DNA of 64,000 nt from a virus. The stretch covers positions 3,977 to 67,976 of IMG/VR virus record IMGVR_UViG_3300030109_003751, one strand, 5' to 3'. Shown piece after piece: positions 27,132-35,826 of the stretch. Position numbers and translations under genes: made by a program. Position 1 is the stretch's first letter; every line of letters begins with the position of its first letter. The notes below the pieces were generated by a model. It searched no databases. It was given only the letters and a program-made list of their open reading frames with translations, and had not been told where the DNA came from.

Positions 27132-27406
27132 CAGCATTCTATAAAAGGAAGTTTTCAATGGGAGACTATAAAAGAAATGATGAAGAAGAAAAAGCTAGAC
27201 TCTGGTGTCATGAAAATAACATATGTATAACACCACGTCAGTCTAAATGGGGAGAAAAAAGTTGGATAATAGAAATCGAAACAGGTTTTTATCCTAATAG
27301 AAAGAAAATAGGAGAAAGTCCACAAGCTTATGGTCCAGGAGAAATATGGAAAAAAATATGTGAATATCAAAAGTATTATTATGGCAAATATAAAAACAAA
27401 GTTTAA
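27128..27406 (+). CDS. Hypothetical protein
   Basis: 92 aa, ATGA overlap. Confidence 0.6.
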   Translation: MTAFYKRKFSMGDYKRNDEEEKARLWCHENNICITPRQSKWGEKSWIIEIETGFYPNRKKIGESPQAYGPGEIWKKICEYQKYYYGKYKNKV

Positions 27407-28031
27407 AAACGCTAATGAAGCGTATGAGTACTTCTTAAAGTTAATACCAAAAGAAGGCATTGAATTTAGTGACACAAAAGCTTTATTCAATATAGGTTTT
27501 GAGATAACAAATCCCTTAGATAATAAAATAAAAAACAAAAAGAGAAAATGGAAACATGATTATGCCGAGGCTGAATGGCAGTGGTATTTATCTGGTGATC
27601 CTAACATTAAGGCATTAGAAAATATTTATGGTAAAGTACCAAAGATCTGGTGTCATATGGCTGATGAAAAAGGTAGAGTTCAATCTAATTATGGATGGCA
27701 ATGGATGAGAGGACAGCAACTTAATAATATAGTAGCTAAATTAAAATCCACCCAAGACACGAGACATGGAGCTATTAGTATTTATGACGCAAAAGAAATG
27801 CGTAATTATGATTACGATACCCCGTGTACTTATGCGGTTCAGTTTACAATAATTAATAACAAATTATGCATGTCTGTTTATATGCGATCTAATGACCTCT
27901 GGTACGGCTTTTGTAACGATCAATACTGTTTTAGTATGTTACAAAAATTAGTTGCAGACAGGTTGTCTATAGACACAGGATGGTACTATCATCACGCGCA
28001 TAATTTACATTTGTATAACGATAAATTATAA
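27381..28031 (+). CDS. Thymidylate synthase superfamily enzyme, dCMP hydroxymethylase (T4 gp42)-like
   Basis: PKIW, SNYGW, PCTYAVQF, YMRSNDLWYGFCND and NLHLY; Asp at the substrate-specificity position. Confidence 0.8.
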   Translation: MANIKTKFKNANEAYEYFLKLIPKEGIEFSDTKALFNIGFEITNPLDNKIKNKKRKWKHDYAEAEWQWYLSGDPNIKALENIYGKVPKIWCHMADEKGRVQSNYGWQWMRGQQLNNIVAKLKSTQDTRHGAISIYDAKEMRNYDYDTPCTYAVQFTIINNKLCMSVYMRSNDLWYGFCNDQYCFSMLQKLVADRLSIDTGWYYHHAHNLHLYNDKL

Positions 28032-28032
28032 T

Positions 28033-28803
28033 ATGTATTATTTATACCACATACCAGGTAAAAAAATTGGAGTAACAAGTAATCTTAATAAGAGGGTTAC
28101 GGTTATCCAAGGATATAGACCAGATGAGTATGAAGTTCTTGATCAAAGTAATGATATAGATTATATATCAGACAAAGAGATAGAACTTCAAAAGTCTTAC
28201 GGCTATAGAGTAGATAGAAAATTATATAAAAACTTATTTAATAAAATGAATTATTTTAAAATAAACGTAACAGAACAAACAACCACCTTTCCTTGTCCTT
28301 TAGACAAACTGAAAGGCCGACTGTTTGATAATATAGGTATGGAGTGGGATACCGAGCACGGAAAGCTAAATATAACCCCTAACACAATAAGTTGGATAAT
28401 GAAAAACGTAAAAATCTCTATGTATAACCCAGAGAGATGTTATGTTTATAACAAAGCATTTGCTACGTGGCTTATACCAACAACAAAAAAATGTTCTAAG
28501 AAACCTTTAAAAATGTTCGAAAACATTAGACAATGGGCTGAAGATAGAGGCTTGTATGATAAAGGTGATTCCAAAACACAGTTCCTAAAGCTCCAAGAAG
28601 AGTCAGGAGAATTATCAAAAGCGTTATTACATGATGATCAAGAAGAAGTAATAGATGCTATTGGTGACATGGTAGTAGTACTTACTAACTTAGCTCATTT
28701 AAGAGGTGTGCATATTGAAACTTGTATTGCATCCGCATATAATGTTATAAATAAAAGAACAGGTAAAATGATTAACGGAACATTCGTAAAAGATGCAGAT
28801 TAA
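28033..28803 (+). CDS. MazG-like NTP pyrophosphohydrolase with N-terminal GIY-YIG-like extension
   Basis: WA..RGL...Q.LKL.EE.GEL...D.IGD C-terminal domain; N-terminal Y.Y.....KIG.T.N...R. Confidence 0.7.
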   Translation: MYYLYHIPGKKIGVTSNLNKRVTVIQGYRPDEYEVLDQSNDIDYISDKEIELQKSYGYRVDRKLYKNLFNKMNYFKINVTEQTTTFPCPLDKLKGRLFDNIGMEWDTEHGKLNITPNTISWIMKNVKISMYNPERCYVYNKAFATWLIPTTKKCSKKPLKMFENIRQWAEDRGLYDKGDSKTQFLKLQEESGELSKALLHDDQEEVIDAIGDMVVVLTNLAHLRGVHIETCIASAYNVINKRTGKMINGTFVKDAD

Positions 28804-29017
28804 AACTACAGACAAGATAGTACAAGCAGTACTAAGGAAGATGGACGATCGTAGTATTATAGGCCAAAAGAAATATGGTCAGACAATGCATAACGAAATA
28901 GAAACAGGTAAAAAAGATTTACATAAGTTTCTAGTTGATGTACAAGAAGAGATAATGGATGCATTATTGTATATCGAAGCAGCTAAAAAATGTATTGAAG
29001 ATGAGAAGAAAAATTAG
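28793..29017 (+). CDS. Small conserved phage protein (G..KYG...QEE.MD...Y)
   Basis: 74 aa helical protein in the nucleotide-metabolism cluster. Confidence 0.6.
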   Translation: MQIKTTDKIVQAVLRKMDDRSIIGQKKYGQTMHNEIETGKKDLHKFLVDVQEEIMDALLYIEAAKKCIEDEKKN

Positions 29018-29453
29018 AAGAAAAAAGGGACCAGTTCAGTCTAAAAAAATAACGTACGATAATATAACCTTTGCTTCAGGTTTAGAAAAATATATGTACA
29101 CTGTACTTGGACAAGCTAAAATAAAAGCTTTATATGAAGGTCAAACATTTGAACTCGTTGAAGGATTTGATTTTCCATTTGAATGTTATGAACGATGTGC
29201 TAATGGAAAAGGAAAATACCAAAACCGAGGAACAAAAAAAATACTTAATATAAAATATACTCCTGATTTTATAGGAAAAAATTTTATAATTGAGTGTAAG
29301 GGTAGAGCTAATGAAAGTTTCCCTTTACGTTGGAAGTTATTTAAAAAGCTTTTAACAGAAAATAGATTAGGACCATTTACATTATACAAACCTCAAAATC
29401 AAAAAGAATGCGAAGAAACAGTACGCTTAATACTGAAGAGACAAAACGGTTAG
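29001..29453 (+). CDS. T7 endonuclease I-like resolvase
   Basis: F.SGLE, YTPDF and IECKG motifs. Confidence 0.8.
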   Translation: MRRKIRRKKGPVQSKKITYDNITFASGLEKYMYTVLGQAKIKALYEGQTFELVEGFDFPFECYERCANGKGKYQNRGTKKILNIKYTPDFIGKNFIIECKGRANESFPLRWKLFKKLLTENRLGPFTLYKPQNQKECEETVRLILKRQNG

Positions 29454-29575
29454 CACGAAAAAAATACGCAGAAAGACAAATTGATAAGTGGGTTAAATGG
29501 AGTTGGAACATGCGTGGTAAAGTTTTATATAAAGAGTTAATAGAAAAAATAAAACAATATAAATTAGATGGCTAA
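29408..29575 (+). CDS. Small hypothetical protein
   Basis: 55 aa basic ORF; start uncertain. Confidence 0.45.
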   Translation: MRRNSTLNTEETKRLARKKYAERQIDKWVKWSWNMRGKVLYKELIEKIKQYKLDG

Positions 29576-29717
29576 AAGAAAAATGTTTGGAAGTGCCCTT
29601 GCTTTATTTGATAAACCAAAAAAGAAAAGACCAGGGGTTCATTGCAAAAATAGAAACACAAATCAAAAAAACGGTAAGTATTATAGTGGTACTAAATACC
29701 GTGGACAAGGACGATAA
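29568..29717 (+). CDS. Small basic protein ending KYRGQGR
   Basis: Manual translation, 49 aa; KKRPG.H.K and YRGQG motifs. Confidence 0.65.
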   Translation: MAKRKMFGSALALFDKPKKKRPGVHCKNRNTNQKNGKYYSGTKYRGQGR

Positions 29718-29728
29718 AATTTAACAAT

Positions 29729-29878
29729 ATGAATATAACAAGATGGGAAGTAAGCTTTGGATTATACGAAGGCTTATTATTTGGATATAGAAATTATCCT
29801 GACTGGGATAATGGTAAAATAGATCACGTAATCTACTTAGGATTATTTGATTGTTGTATAACGCTTTTTTATAATTAA
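29729..29878 (+). CDS. Small hypothetical protein
   Basis: 49 aa, ends 2 nt before nrdB. Confidence 0.55.
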   Translation: MNITRWEVSFGLYEGLLFGYRNYPDWDNGKIDHVIYLGLFDCCITLFYN

Positions 29879-29880
29879 TT

Positions 29881-30852
29881 ATGGGATTATTTGATGAACG
29901 TATACCGTATAAACCTTTTGAATATCCAGATTATTATACAGAAGGTTGGTTAAAACAAGCGCAAGCATTTTGGTTACATACTGAAATACCAATGCAAGGC
30001 GATGTAAAAGACTGGAATGAGAAATTAACAAAAGAAGAAAAAAACTTAGTAGGAAATATCTTATTAGGCTTTGCACAAACAGAATGTGCGGTGTCAGATT
30101 ATTGGACACAAAAAGTTGTATCATGGTTTCCAAAACATGAGATACAACAAATGGCAATGATGTTTGGATCACAAGAAACAATACACGCTGTAGCATATAG
30201 TTATCTAAATGAAACATTAGGATTAGAAGACTATGAAGCATTTTTACATGAACCCGCAACAGCACAGCGATTTGATAACTTAGTAAGTTATGATGGTAAA
30301 CATGATCCAATTATGATTGGTAAGTCATTAGCTGTATTTTCAGCTTTTGCAGAAGGAGTAAGTTTATATTCTGCATTTGCTGTTTTGTATTCTTTTCAAA
30401 TGAGAAATCTTTTAAAAGGAGTAGGACAACAAATGAAATGGAGTGTGAGAGACGAGTCTCTTCATAGTAAAATGGGTTGTCAACTATTTAGGCATATGTG
30501 TGAGGAAATTCCTGAATTAAAAAAGGAATGTGAAGATCATATATTAAAAGCCGCTAGAATAATGGTTGATTTAGAATTAAAATATATAGATAAAATGTTT
30601 GAGATGGGTGATATAGAAGGATTAAAAGCAGGTGATCTTAAACAGTTTATTTTAAAAAGAGCTAATGAAAAATTAGTTGAATTAGGATATAAACAACATA
30701 AGTCTTTATTTGAATTTGATGATAAAGCCGCAGAAAATCTAGATTGGTTTTATCATTTAACTGGTGGACACACACATACTGATTTTTTTGCTATGCGTCC
30801 AACAGATTATAGCAAGGCAAATGAAGGTGAAGACTTTGAAAATATTTGGTAA
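29881..30852 (+). CDS. nrdB: Ribonucleotide reductase class Ia beta subunit
   Basis: FW...E, E.IH...YS, EG..LYS.F, RDESLH and DFF motifs. Confidence 0.95.
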   Translation: MGLFDERIPYKPFEYPDYYTEGWLKQAQAFWLHTEIPMQGDVKDWNEKLTKEEKNLVGNILLGFAQTECAVSDYWTQKVVSWFPKHEIQQMAMMFGSQETIHAVAYSYLNETLGLEDYEAFLHEPATAQRFDNLVSYDGKHDPIMIGKSLAVFSAFAEGVSLYSAFAVLYSFQMRNLLKGVGQQMKWSVRDESLHSKMGCQLFRHMCEEIPELKKECEDHILKAARIMVDLELKYIDKMFEMGDIEGLKAGDLKQFILKRANEKLVELGYKQHKSLFEFDDKAAENLDWFYHLTGGHTHTDFFAMRPTDYSKANEGEDFENIW

Positions 30853-31412
30853 TGATTTATATAGTAGATAACTTTATAGAGGAAATGTATTTTAAATTAG
30901 TTAAGTCACAGTTAACGGATTTTAAAGAAGTTAAAACACCTGGTAAATCCTTTTGGGTTATGCCAGCGCATGAAGACTTTATAAAACATGTAACAAACAA
31001 ATTAACTGAATTAGAAGGAAAAGAGATAGATGTTATATTGTCATTTTTTAGACAAGCAAATTTAAAAGAAGATAACACGTGGAGAATACATAATGATTCT
31101 ATTATAGACAATCAACAACCAGATAGAGCTATAGTTCTTTATATGTCCGATAATGAAACCGATGATTTAAATGGTACAGCATTTTGGGAACATAAAGAAT
31201 TAGGCGATAAATATATAAACAAATCTAAAGAAGATTTTGATAAGTTATTAACTAAAGATTCTGAGGATTTATCTAAATGGAATGTGAGATCAGTTATAGG
31301 TCATAAACCTAACAGACTGATTTCATATCCATGTAACTATTTTCATAGCAAATATCCTGCTAGATTTATAAAACCTAGAAAAGTATTTGTTATGTTTTAT
31401 AAAATTAAATAA
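30852..31412 (+). CDS. 2OG-Fe(II) oxygenase-like protein
   Basis: HND (HxD), GTAFW, NRLI.Y....FHS and distal Arg. Confidence 0.7.
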   Translation: MIYIVDNFIEEMYFKLVKSQLTDFKEVKTPGKSFWVMPAHEDFIKHVTNKLTELEGKEIDVILSFFRQANLKEDNTWRIHNDSIIDNQQPDRAIVLYMSDNETDDLNGTAFWEHKELGDKYINKSKEDFDKLLTKDSEDLSKWNVRSVIGHKPNRLISYPCNYFHSKYPARFIKPRKVFVMFYKIK

Positions 31413-31413
31413 A

Positions 31414-31785
31414 ATGATATTAAATAAAATTATATTAACAACATTAGTGTTTTTTCTTTTTAACCAAGGAGTTGATAAAGCAAAAGCAGAAAAAGGGTCT
31501 GTGATTTTATACACAGCCAATTGGTGTGAACCATGTGACGAAATGCAAGATTATTTATTAGAACTACAAAAAGATTCTTTAGTTGCTAGTAGATATAATT
31601 TTTACGTAGTAGATATAAACCAAGTGTATTGTGTAGAAAATGGAGAATTAGATTTTCCTAACGAATATGATATTGAACCAAACATGATATATCCTACTGT
31701 AAAAATATTTAATAAAAATAAAACCGATAGATTAAGAGGTTTTGGCTTCACATATAATGAAGTAAGAGATTATATATTAGAATGA
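31414..31785 (+). CDS. Thioredoxin-like protein with predicted signal peptide
   Basis: WCEPC and YPT (cis-Pro); hydrophobic N-terminus with AKA-E site. Confidence 0.7.
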   Translation: MILNKIILTTLVFFLFNQGVDKAKAEKGSVILYTANWCEPCDEMQDYLLELQKDSLVASRYNFYVVDINQVYCVENGELDFPNEYDIEPNMIYPTVKIFNKNKTDRLRGFGFTYNEVRDYILE

Positions 31786-32036
31786 AAGAAAGTAAATTAT
31801 TAGAAATGCAAAATAAAGTTGCTGCATTAACAAGAGTAGTGCAGCAGCTTATTAATGAAATAGATAATATCAAAAATTTATCTGTTGGAACATTAGAGAC
31901 AATTAAAAAAATGCCAGACTATAATAAAGCTTTAGAAACTTTAAAAAAAGAAATGGAGAAGAAAGCTAAGATGAATGAAAAAAAGTTTGAAACATTAGAA
32001 GAATTACAAAAAGAAAAAGAAAAAAAGAATAAATAA
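31782..32036 (+). CDS. Coiled-coil hypothetical protein
   Basis: 84 aa, directly precedes nrdA. Confidence 0.65.
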   Translation: MKESKLLEMQNKVAALTRVVQQLINEIDNIKNLSVGTLETIKKMPDYNKALETLKKEMEKKAKMNEKKFETLEELQKEKEKKNK

Positions 32037-33761
32037 ATGTGGAATAAAAATTGGAAGAAAGGTATAGATTATCCCGAGTGGGGTAACACAGATGTGTATA
32101 AAAAAACTATAACAGGAGGTTATTTATATAATGGTGAAAGTCCTAAAGATGCTTATATGAGAGTGTCTAAAGCTGTAGCTAAAAGATTATATAAACCTGA
32201 AATGGCTGATAAGTTTTTTGAATATATTTGGAATGGTTGGCTGTGTTTAGCTTCTCCGGTTTTATCTAATACAGGTACTGATCGTGGTTTACCTATTAGT
32301 TGTTTCGGTATTGATATAGCTGATAGCATTTACGATATAGGTACTAAGAATTTAGAAATGATGCTTCTTGCGAAACACGGCGGTGGTGTAGGAGTAGGTA
32401 TAAATATGATAAGACCCGCCGGATCTAAAATAACAGGAAATGGAACATCAGACGGAACAGTACCCTTCTGCAAGATCTTTGATTCAACAATCCTTGCAAC
32501 AAACCAAGGATCAGTTAGACGCGGAGCTGCGTCAGTTAACATCAATATTGATCACGGAGATTTTGAACAGTGGCTTGACATACGAGAGCCTAAAGGAGAT
32601 GTCAACAGACAAAGCCTTAACTTACATCAATGCGCAGTTGTTGGTGACAAATTTATGCGTAAGCTTGAACAAGGCGATGCAGAAGCACGAAATAAATGGA
32701 GTAAATTGCTTAGAAAAAGAAAAGCAACTGGAGAACCGTATATCCTCTTTAAAGGAAATACTAACAAAGCAAATCCAAAAGCGTACAAGTCAAACGCTTT
32801 AAAGGTACACATGACTAATATCTGTAGTGAGATAGTTTTACACACAGATGAGAGTCATAGTTTTGTGTGTTGTTTATCTAGTTTAAATTTAGCAAAATAT
32901 GAAGAATGGAAAAATACAAATATTGTTCAAGATTCTATCTGGTTTTTGGATGGGGTTTTGGAAGAGTTTATCCAACGCGCTAAAGGCCTTAAAGGTTTTG
33001 AAAATGCAGTTAGGTCTGCTGAAAAAGGTAGAGCGCTTGGCTTGGGAGTTCTTGGGTGGCATACGTATTTACAAGAAAAAGGTTTTCCTTTTGAAGGATT
33101 ACTTGCTCAATACGAAACTCGGAGAATTTTTAATCAAATTAAGTTTGAAAGTGAACAAGCTTCTAGGAGACTTGCTGAGACATATGGTGAGCCTCTTTGG
33201 TGCGTTAATACTGGTATGCGGAATACTCATCTTAGGGCTATTGCTCCTACCGTTAGCAATAGTAAGCTTGCTGGCAATATTAGTCCTGGTATCGAGCCTT
33301 GGGCCGCTAACGTTTTTACTGAGCAGTCTGCTAAAGGTACTTTCATACGTCGCAATCCTACGCTCGAACTTTATCTCAAAAAATTCAAATTAAATACAGA
33401 TAAAATATGGGAACAAATTTTAGAAGATGGAGGTTCGGTTCAAGGTCTCAAAGCGTTAGATAAAATAATGATTGGACCTGAAAAAAATATACCTATAAAA
33501 GAAGTGTTTAAAACTTTTAAAGAAATTAATCAATTAGAGTTAGTTAATCAAGCTGGTATAAGACAACAATATGTAGATCAATCAGTTAGTTTAAACCTAG
33601 CTTTTCCTTCACAAGCAACACCTAAATGGATTAATCAAGTTCATATGGATGCTTGGCGTAAAGGTATTAAAACTTTATATTACATGAGAACAGAATCTGT
33701 ATTGCGAGGAGATATTGCTTCACAAGCAATGGATCCTAATTGTTTAGCTTGCGACGGTTAA
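32037..33761 (+). CDS. nrdA: Ribonucleotide reductase class Ia alpha subunit
   Basis: ISCF, GGG.G, TNICSEI, LGLG, APT, DQS.S.N, KTLYY and C-terminal CLAC. Confidence 0.95.
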   Translation: MWNKNWKKGIDYPEWGNTDVYKKTITGGYLYNGESPKDAYMRVSKAVAKRLYKPEMADKFFEYIWNGWLCLASPVLSNTGTDRGLPISCFGIDIADSIYDIGTKNLEMMLLAKHGGGVGVGINMIRPAGSKITGNGTSDGTVPFCKIFDSTILATNQGSVRRGAASVNINIDHGDFEQWLDIREPKGDVNRQSLNLHQCAVVGDKFMRKLEQGDAEARNKWSKLLRKRKATGEPYILFKGNTNKANPKAYKSNALKVHMTNICSEIVLHTDESHSFVCCLSSLNLAKYEEWKNTNIVQDSIWFLDGVLEEFIQRAKGLKGFENAVRSAEKGRALGLGVLGWHTYLQEKGFPFEGLLAQYETRRIFNQIKFESEQASRRLAETYGEPLWCVNTGMRNTHLRAIAPTVSNSKLAGNISPGIEPWAANVFTEQSAKGTFIRRNPTLELYLKKFKLNTDKIWEQILEDGGSVQGLKALDKIMIGPEKNIPIKEVFKTFKEINQLELVNQAGIRQQYVDQSVSLNLAFPSQATPKWINQVHMDAWRKGIKTLYYMRTESVLRGDIASQAMDPNCLACDG

Positions 33762-33780
33762 ACAACATTATAACCAAATA

Positions 33781-33809
33781 GAAAAGGGGATCTTCACGAT
33801 CCCCTTTCT
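33781..33809. terminator. Probable bidirectional intrinsic terminator between convergent operons
   Basis: AAAGGGGATC-TTCAC-GATCCCCTTT hairpin. Confidence 0.8.
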
Positions 33810-33863
33810 GGTTACAAGAACTTTTGGGTATGGTACGCCCAGTTTATTTTGTTCCTGATTTTT

Positions 33864-33974
33864 TTATTCACATTCTTTAACTAGTAATTTACTTATTAGT
33901 TTATTCCAACCATAAATAATTTTACACCAAAGTTGTGAAATTTTTTCTCCTAGTTTTATTAATAGTTTTCCCAT
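33864..33974 (-). CDS. Small amphipathic peptide
   Basis: Manual translation, 36 aa: MGKLLIKLGEKISQLWCKIIYGWNKLISKLLVKECE. Confidence 0.5.
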   Translation of the reverse strand: MGKLLIKLGEKISQLWCKIIYGWNKLISKLLVKECE

Positions 33975-33975
33975 A

Positions 33976-34224
33976 TTAGTTGTTTTGTATTGAATCACTT
34001 TTTAATTTTAAGCTATCAAACTTAGCATCAATAATAGCTTTTTTCTTTTCCCACCTTGCTTCTCTATATTTTATAATAGAATCAGGGTGTAAATTTTTTA
34101 AGCTATCTCTCATTTCCATTTTTCTTTCTTTATGTTTCCATTTAGGTTGATCACAACCTTCCGTAATTATTGCTAGTGCAACAGCTAGTAATATTGATAA
34201 TAGTCTTGTGTTTTTGTTTTTCAT
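33976..34224 (-). CDS. Putative lipoprotein
   Basis: Basic N-terminus, hydrophobic core, TEGC lipobox-like site. Confidence 0.55.
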   Translation of the reverse strand: MKNKNTRLLSILLAVALAIITEGCDQPKWKHKERKMEMRDSLKNLHPDSIIKYREARWEKKKAIIDAKFDSLKLKSDSIQNN

Positions 34225-34228
34225 TATT

Positions 34229-34642
34229 TTAAAATTGTCCCGCTTTATTTATCTCATTAATCGAGCCCTGCAGCTCATCGATTGAAACTGGTAGCAGGAG
34301 GTCTAAACCAGCTTTAAACGTTTTTTCTCTAATACCATCTTTAAATATAATGATAGTAGGTACCATTCTTACTTTATATTTTTTCTTAGCAGCAGCCGCA
34401 GTCGCGACGTCAACTCTATAATATATAGCATCTTTAATTTTATCCCACTCTTCCAAGCAATTGCTGGAATTAAAGGAAGCCCAAAACTCCACCACAATAG
34501 ACTTGTGATTATCCTCTCCAAAAGCATGTTTTTCATTTATCTTCTTTTCAAAGTTAGAATCATTAATCCAATGTTCTGCTGGTACATCTACTTGACCAAG
34601 CATTATATAAGGTATAAAAAATATAAATATAAATTTTTTCAT
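34229..34642 (-). CDS. Exported thioredoxin-fold protein lacking CxxC
   Basis: Start MKKFIFIF; VEFWASFN...C and VPTIIIFKDG. Confidence 0.65.
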   Translation of the reverse strand: MKKFIFIFFIPYIMLGQVDVPAEHWINDSNFEKKINEKHAFGEDNHKSIVVEFWASFNSSNCLEEWDKIKDAIYYRVDVATAAAAKKKYKVRMVPTIIIFKDGIREKTFKAGLDLLLPVSIDELQGSINEINKAGQF

Positions 34643-34646
34643 AATT

Positions 34647-35057
34647 TTAATTTTTTCTTTTAGGATTTTCTCTAGCTGGATTAGGGGGATTAGGTGGTGT
34701 AACAATATTTGGACTAGACACATTAGGTCCAGATCCACTTTGATTTATATTGGGGCTGTTAATATTATTACCTGGTCTAGAAGTATGTTGACCATAAATA
34801 GGTTGATACCTATGTGGGCTATAATAAAAATAATTAGGTGTAATAGGGTATCTATTAGTGGGGTAGGTATTATAATTATATATAGGTCTTATTACATCAA
34901 TAGGTAGTTGTAATGTATCTCCTTCTGCTGTTACAGCTAACACTGACGTTATTTTCATTTGAGGTTGTCTATATACCGTACAAGCATTTAAAACTAAAAG
35001 CATAGCACAAATACCTATTATTACAGGCAACCATTTAATTATGTTTTTGTTGTTCAT
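34647..35057 (-). CDS. Putative lipoprotein, P/N-rich tail
   Basis: LLVLNAC lipobox. Confidence 0.6.
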   Translation of the reverse strand: MNNKNIIKWLPVIIGICAMLLVLNACTVYRQPQMKITSVLAVTAEGDTLQLPIDVIRPIYNYNTYPTNRYPITPNYFYYSPHRYQPIYGQHTSRPGNNINSPNINQSGSGPNVSSPNIVTPPNPPNPARENPKRKN

Positions 35058-35335
35058 TTTTCTTTATGTTTATTACAAAAGTTTCTAGCGGCTTCTTTAC
35101 TACCAAAACCCCATTTTTTTAACGCCATTTTTAATTTGGTTGGTTCACCTTTAGCATCTTTTAATGCTCCAGCCATGCCAGCAAACCTACAAGCAAAGGA
35201 TACTCGCCTTTTACTTGTACCACTAGTTTGTCTACTACCTAAAGTATTACCAGTTTCTTTTTTATGCTCAGCTCGCATTTTTCTATTTTGCTTTTCGTAA
35301 GCTTCTTCTTTTATATAAAATGGTGATTGTTTCAT
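35054..35335 (-). CDS. Small basic conserved phage protein (DUF6321-like)
   Basis: RR.SF.CRF.GM.G...G.PT....AL.KW; N-terminal MKQSPF. Confidence 0.65.
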   Translation of the reverse strand: MKQSPFYIKEEAYEKQNRKMRAEHKKETGNTLGSRQTSGTSKRRVSFACRFAGMAGALKDAKGEPTKLKMALKKWGFGSKEAARNFCNKHKEK

Positions 35336-35340
35336 AATTA

Positions 35341-35499
35341 TTATTTATTTTTCATTCCTCTTTGTACATGACTTTCCCAGCAAGGATCACCTTTTGGTTT
35401 AGGTAATTTATCTTTTCCTGATCCTCTTGGGATACAGTTAGGTACTTGTCTATTTAAAGGACTTTTTGCCATGAATGGCGAACTAAATTTACTACTCAT
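35341..35499 (-). CDS. Small protein with SPF/SPL N-terminus and VPNC/CW motif
   Basis: Manual translation, 52 aa: MSSKFSSPFMAKSPLNRQVPNCIP...DPCWESHVQRGMKNK. Confidence 0.65.
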   Translation of the reverse strand: MSSKFSSPFMAKSPLNRQVPNCIPRGSGKDKLPKPKGDPCWESHVQRGMKNK

Positions 35500-35819
35500 C
35501 TTTTTTTATTTTGTAAGTCATAGAGCCTTTGATCCATTAACTCTAATGTTTTCTTAATTTCTTTAACATCTTCTTGCGTATCCATTATGGTTTGTCGAAT
35601 CAATTCATCTTTCATATCAAATTCCATTTTAGATATTTCAGGTTTAGGTAACTCTTTAGCTTCTTGTATATCAGCTTGTAAAGAAAACCACACCCCTGCT
35701 AATGATACAATTGCAAATATCATTGCTCCAATTGTTTTAATTGATAATGAAAAATCTGATTTACCATCTCCATCAATATCAATACCCATAGAGGTATTTT
35801 CATCTAATTGTTTCGCCAT
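35496..35819 (-). CDS. Single-pass membrane protein with coiled coil
   Basis: One TM helix followed by a heptad region; N-terminal DIDGDGKSD (Ca-binding-like). Confidence 0.65.
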   Translation of the reverse strand: MAKQLDENTSMGIDIDGDGKSDFSLSIKTIGAMIFAIVSLAGVWFSLQADIQEAKELPKPEISKMEFDMKDELIRQTIMDTQEDVKEIKKTLELMDQRLYDLQNKKR

Positions 35820-35826
35820 TTTATTT

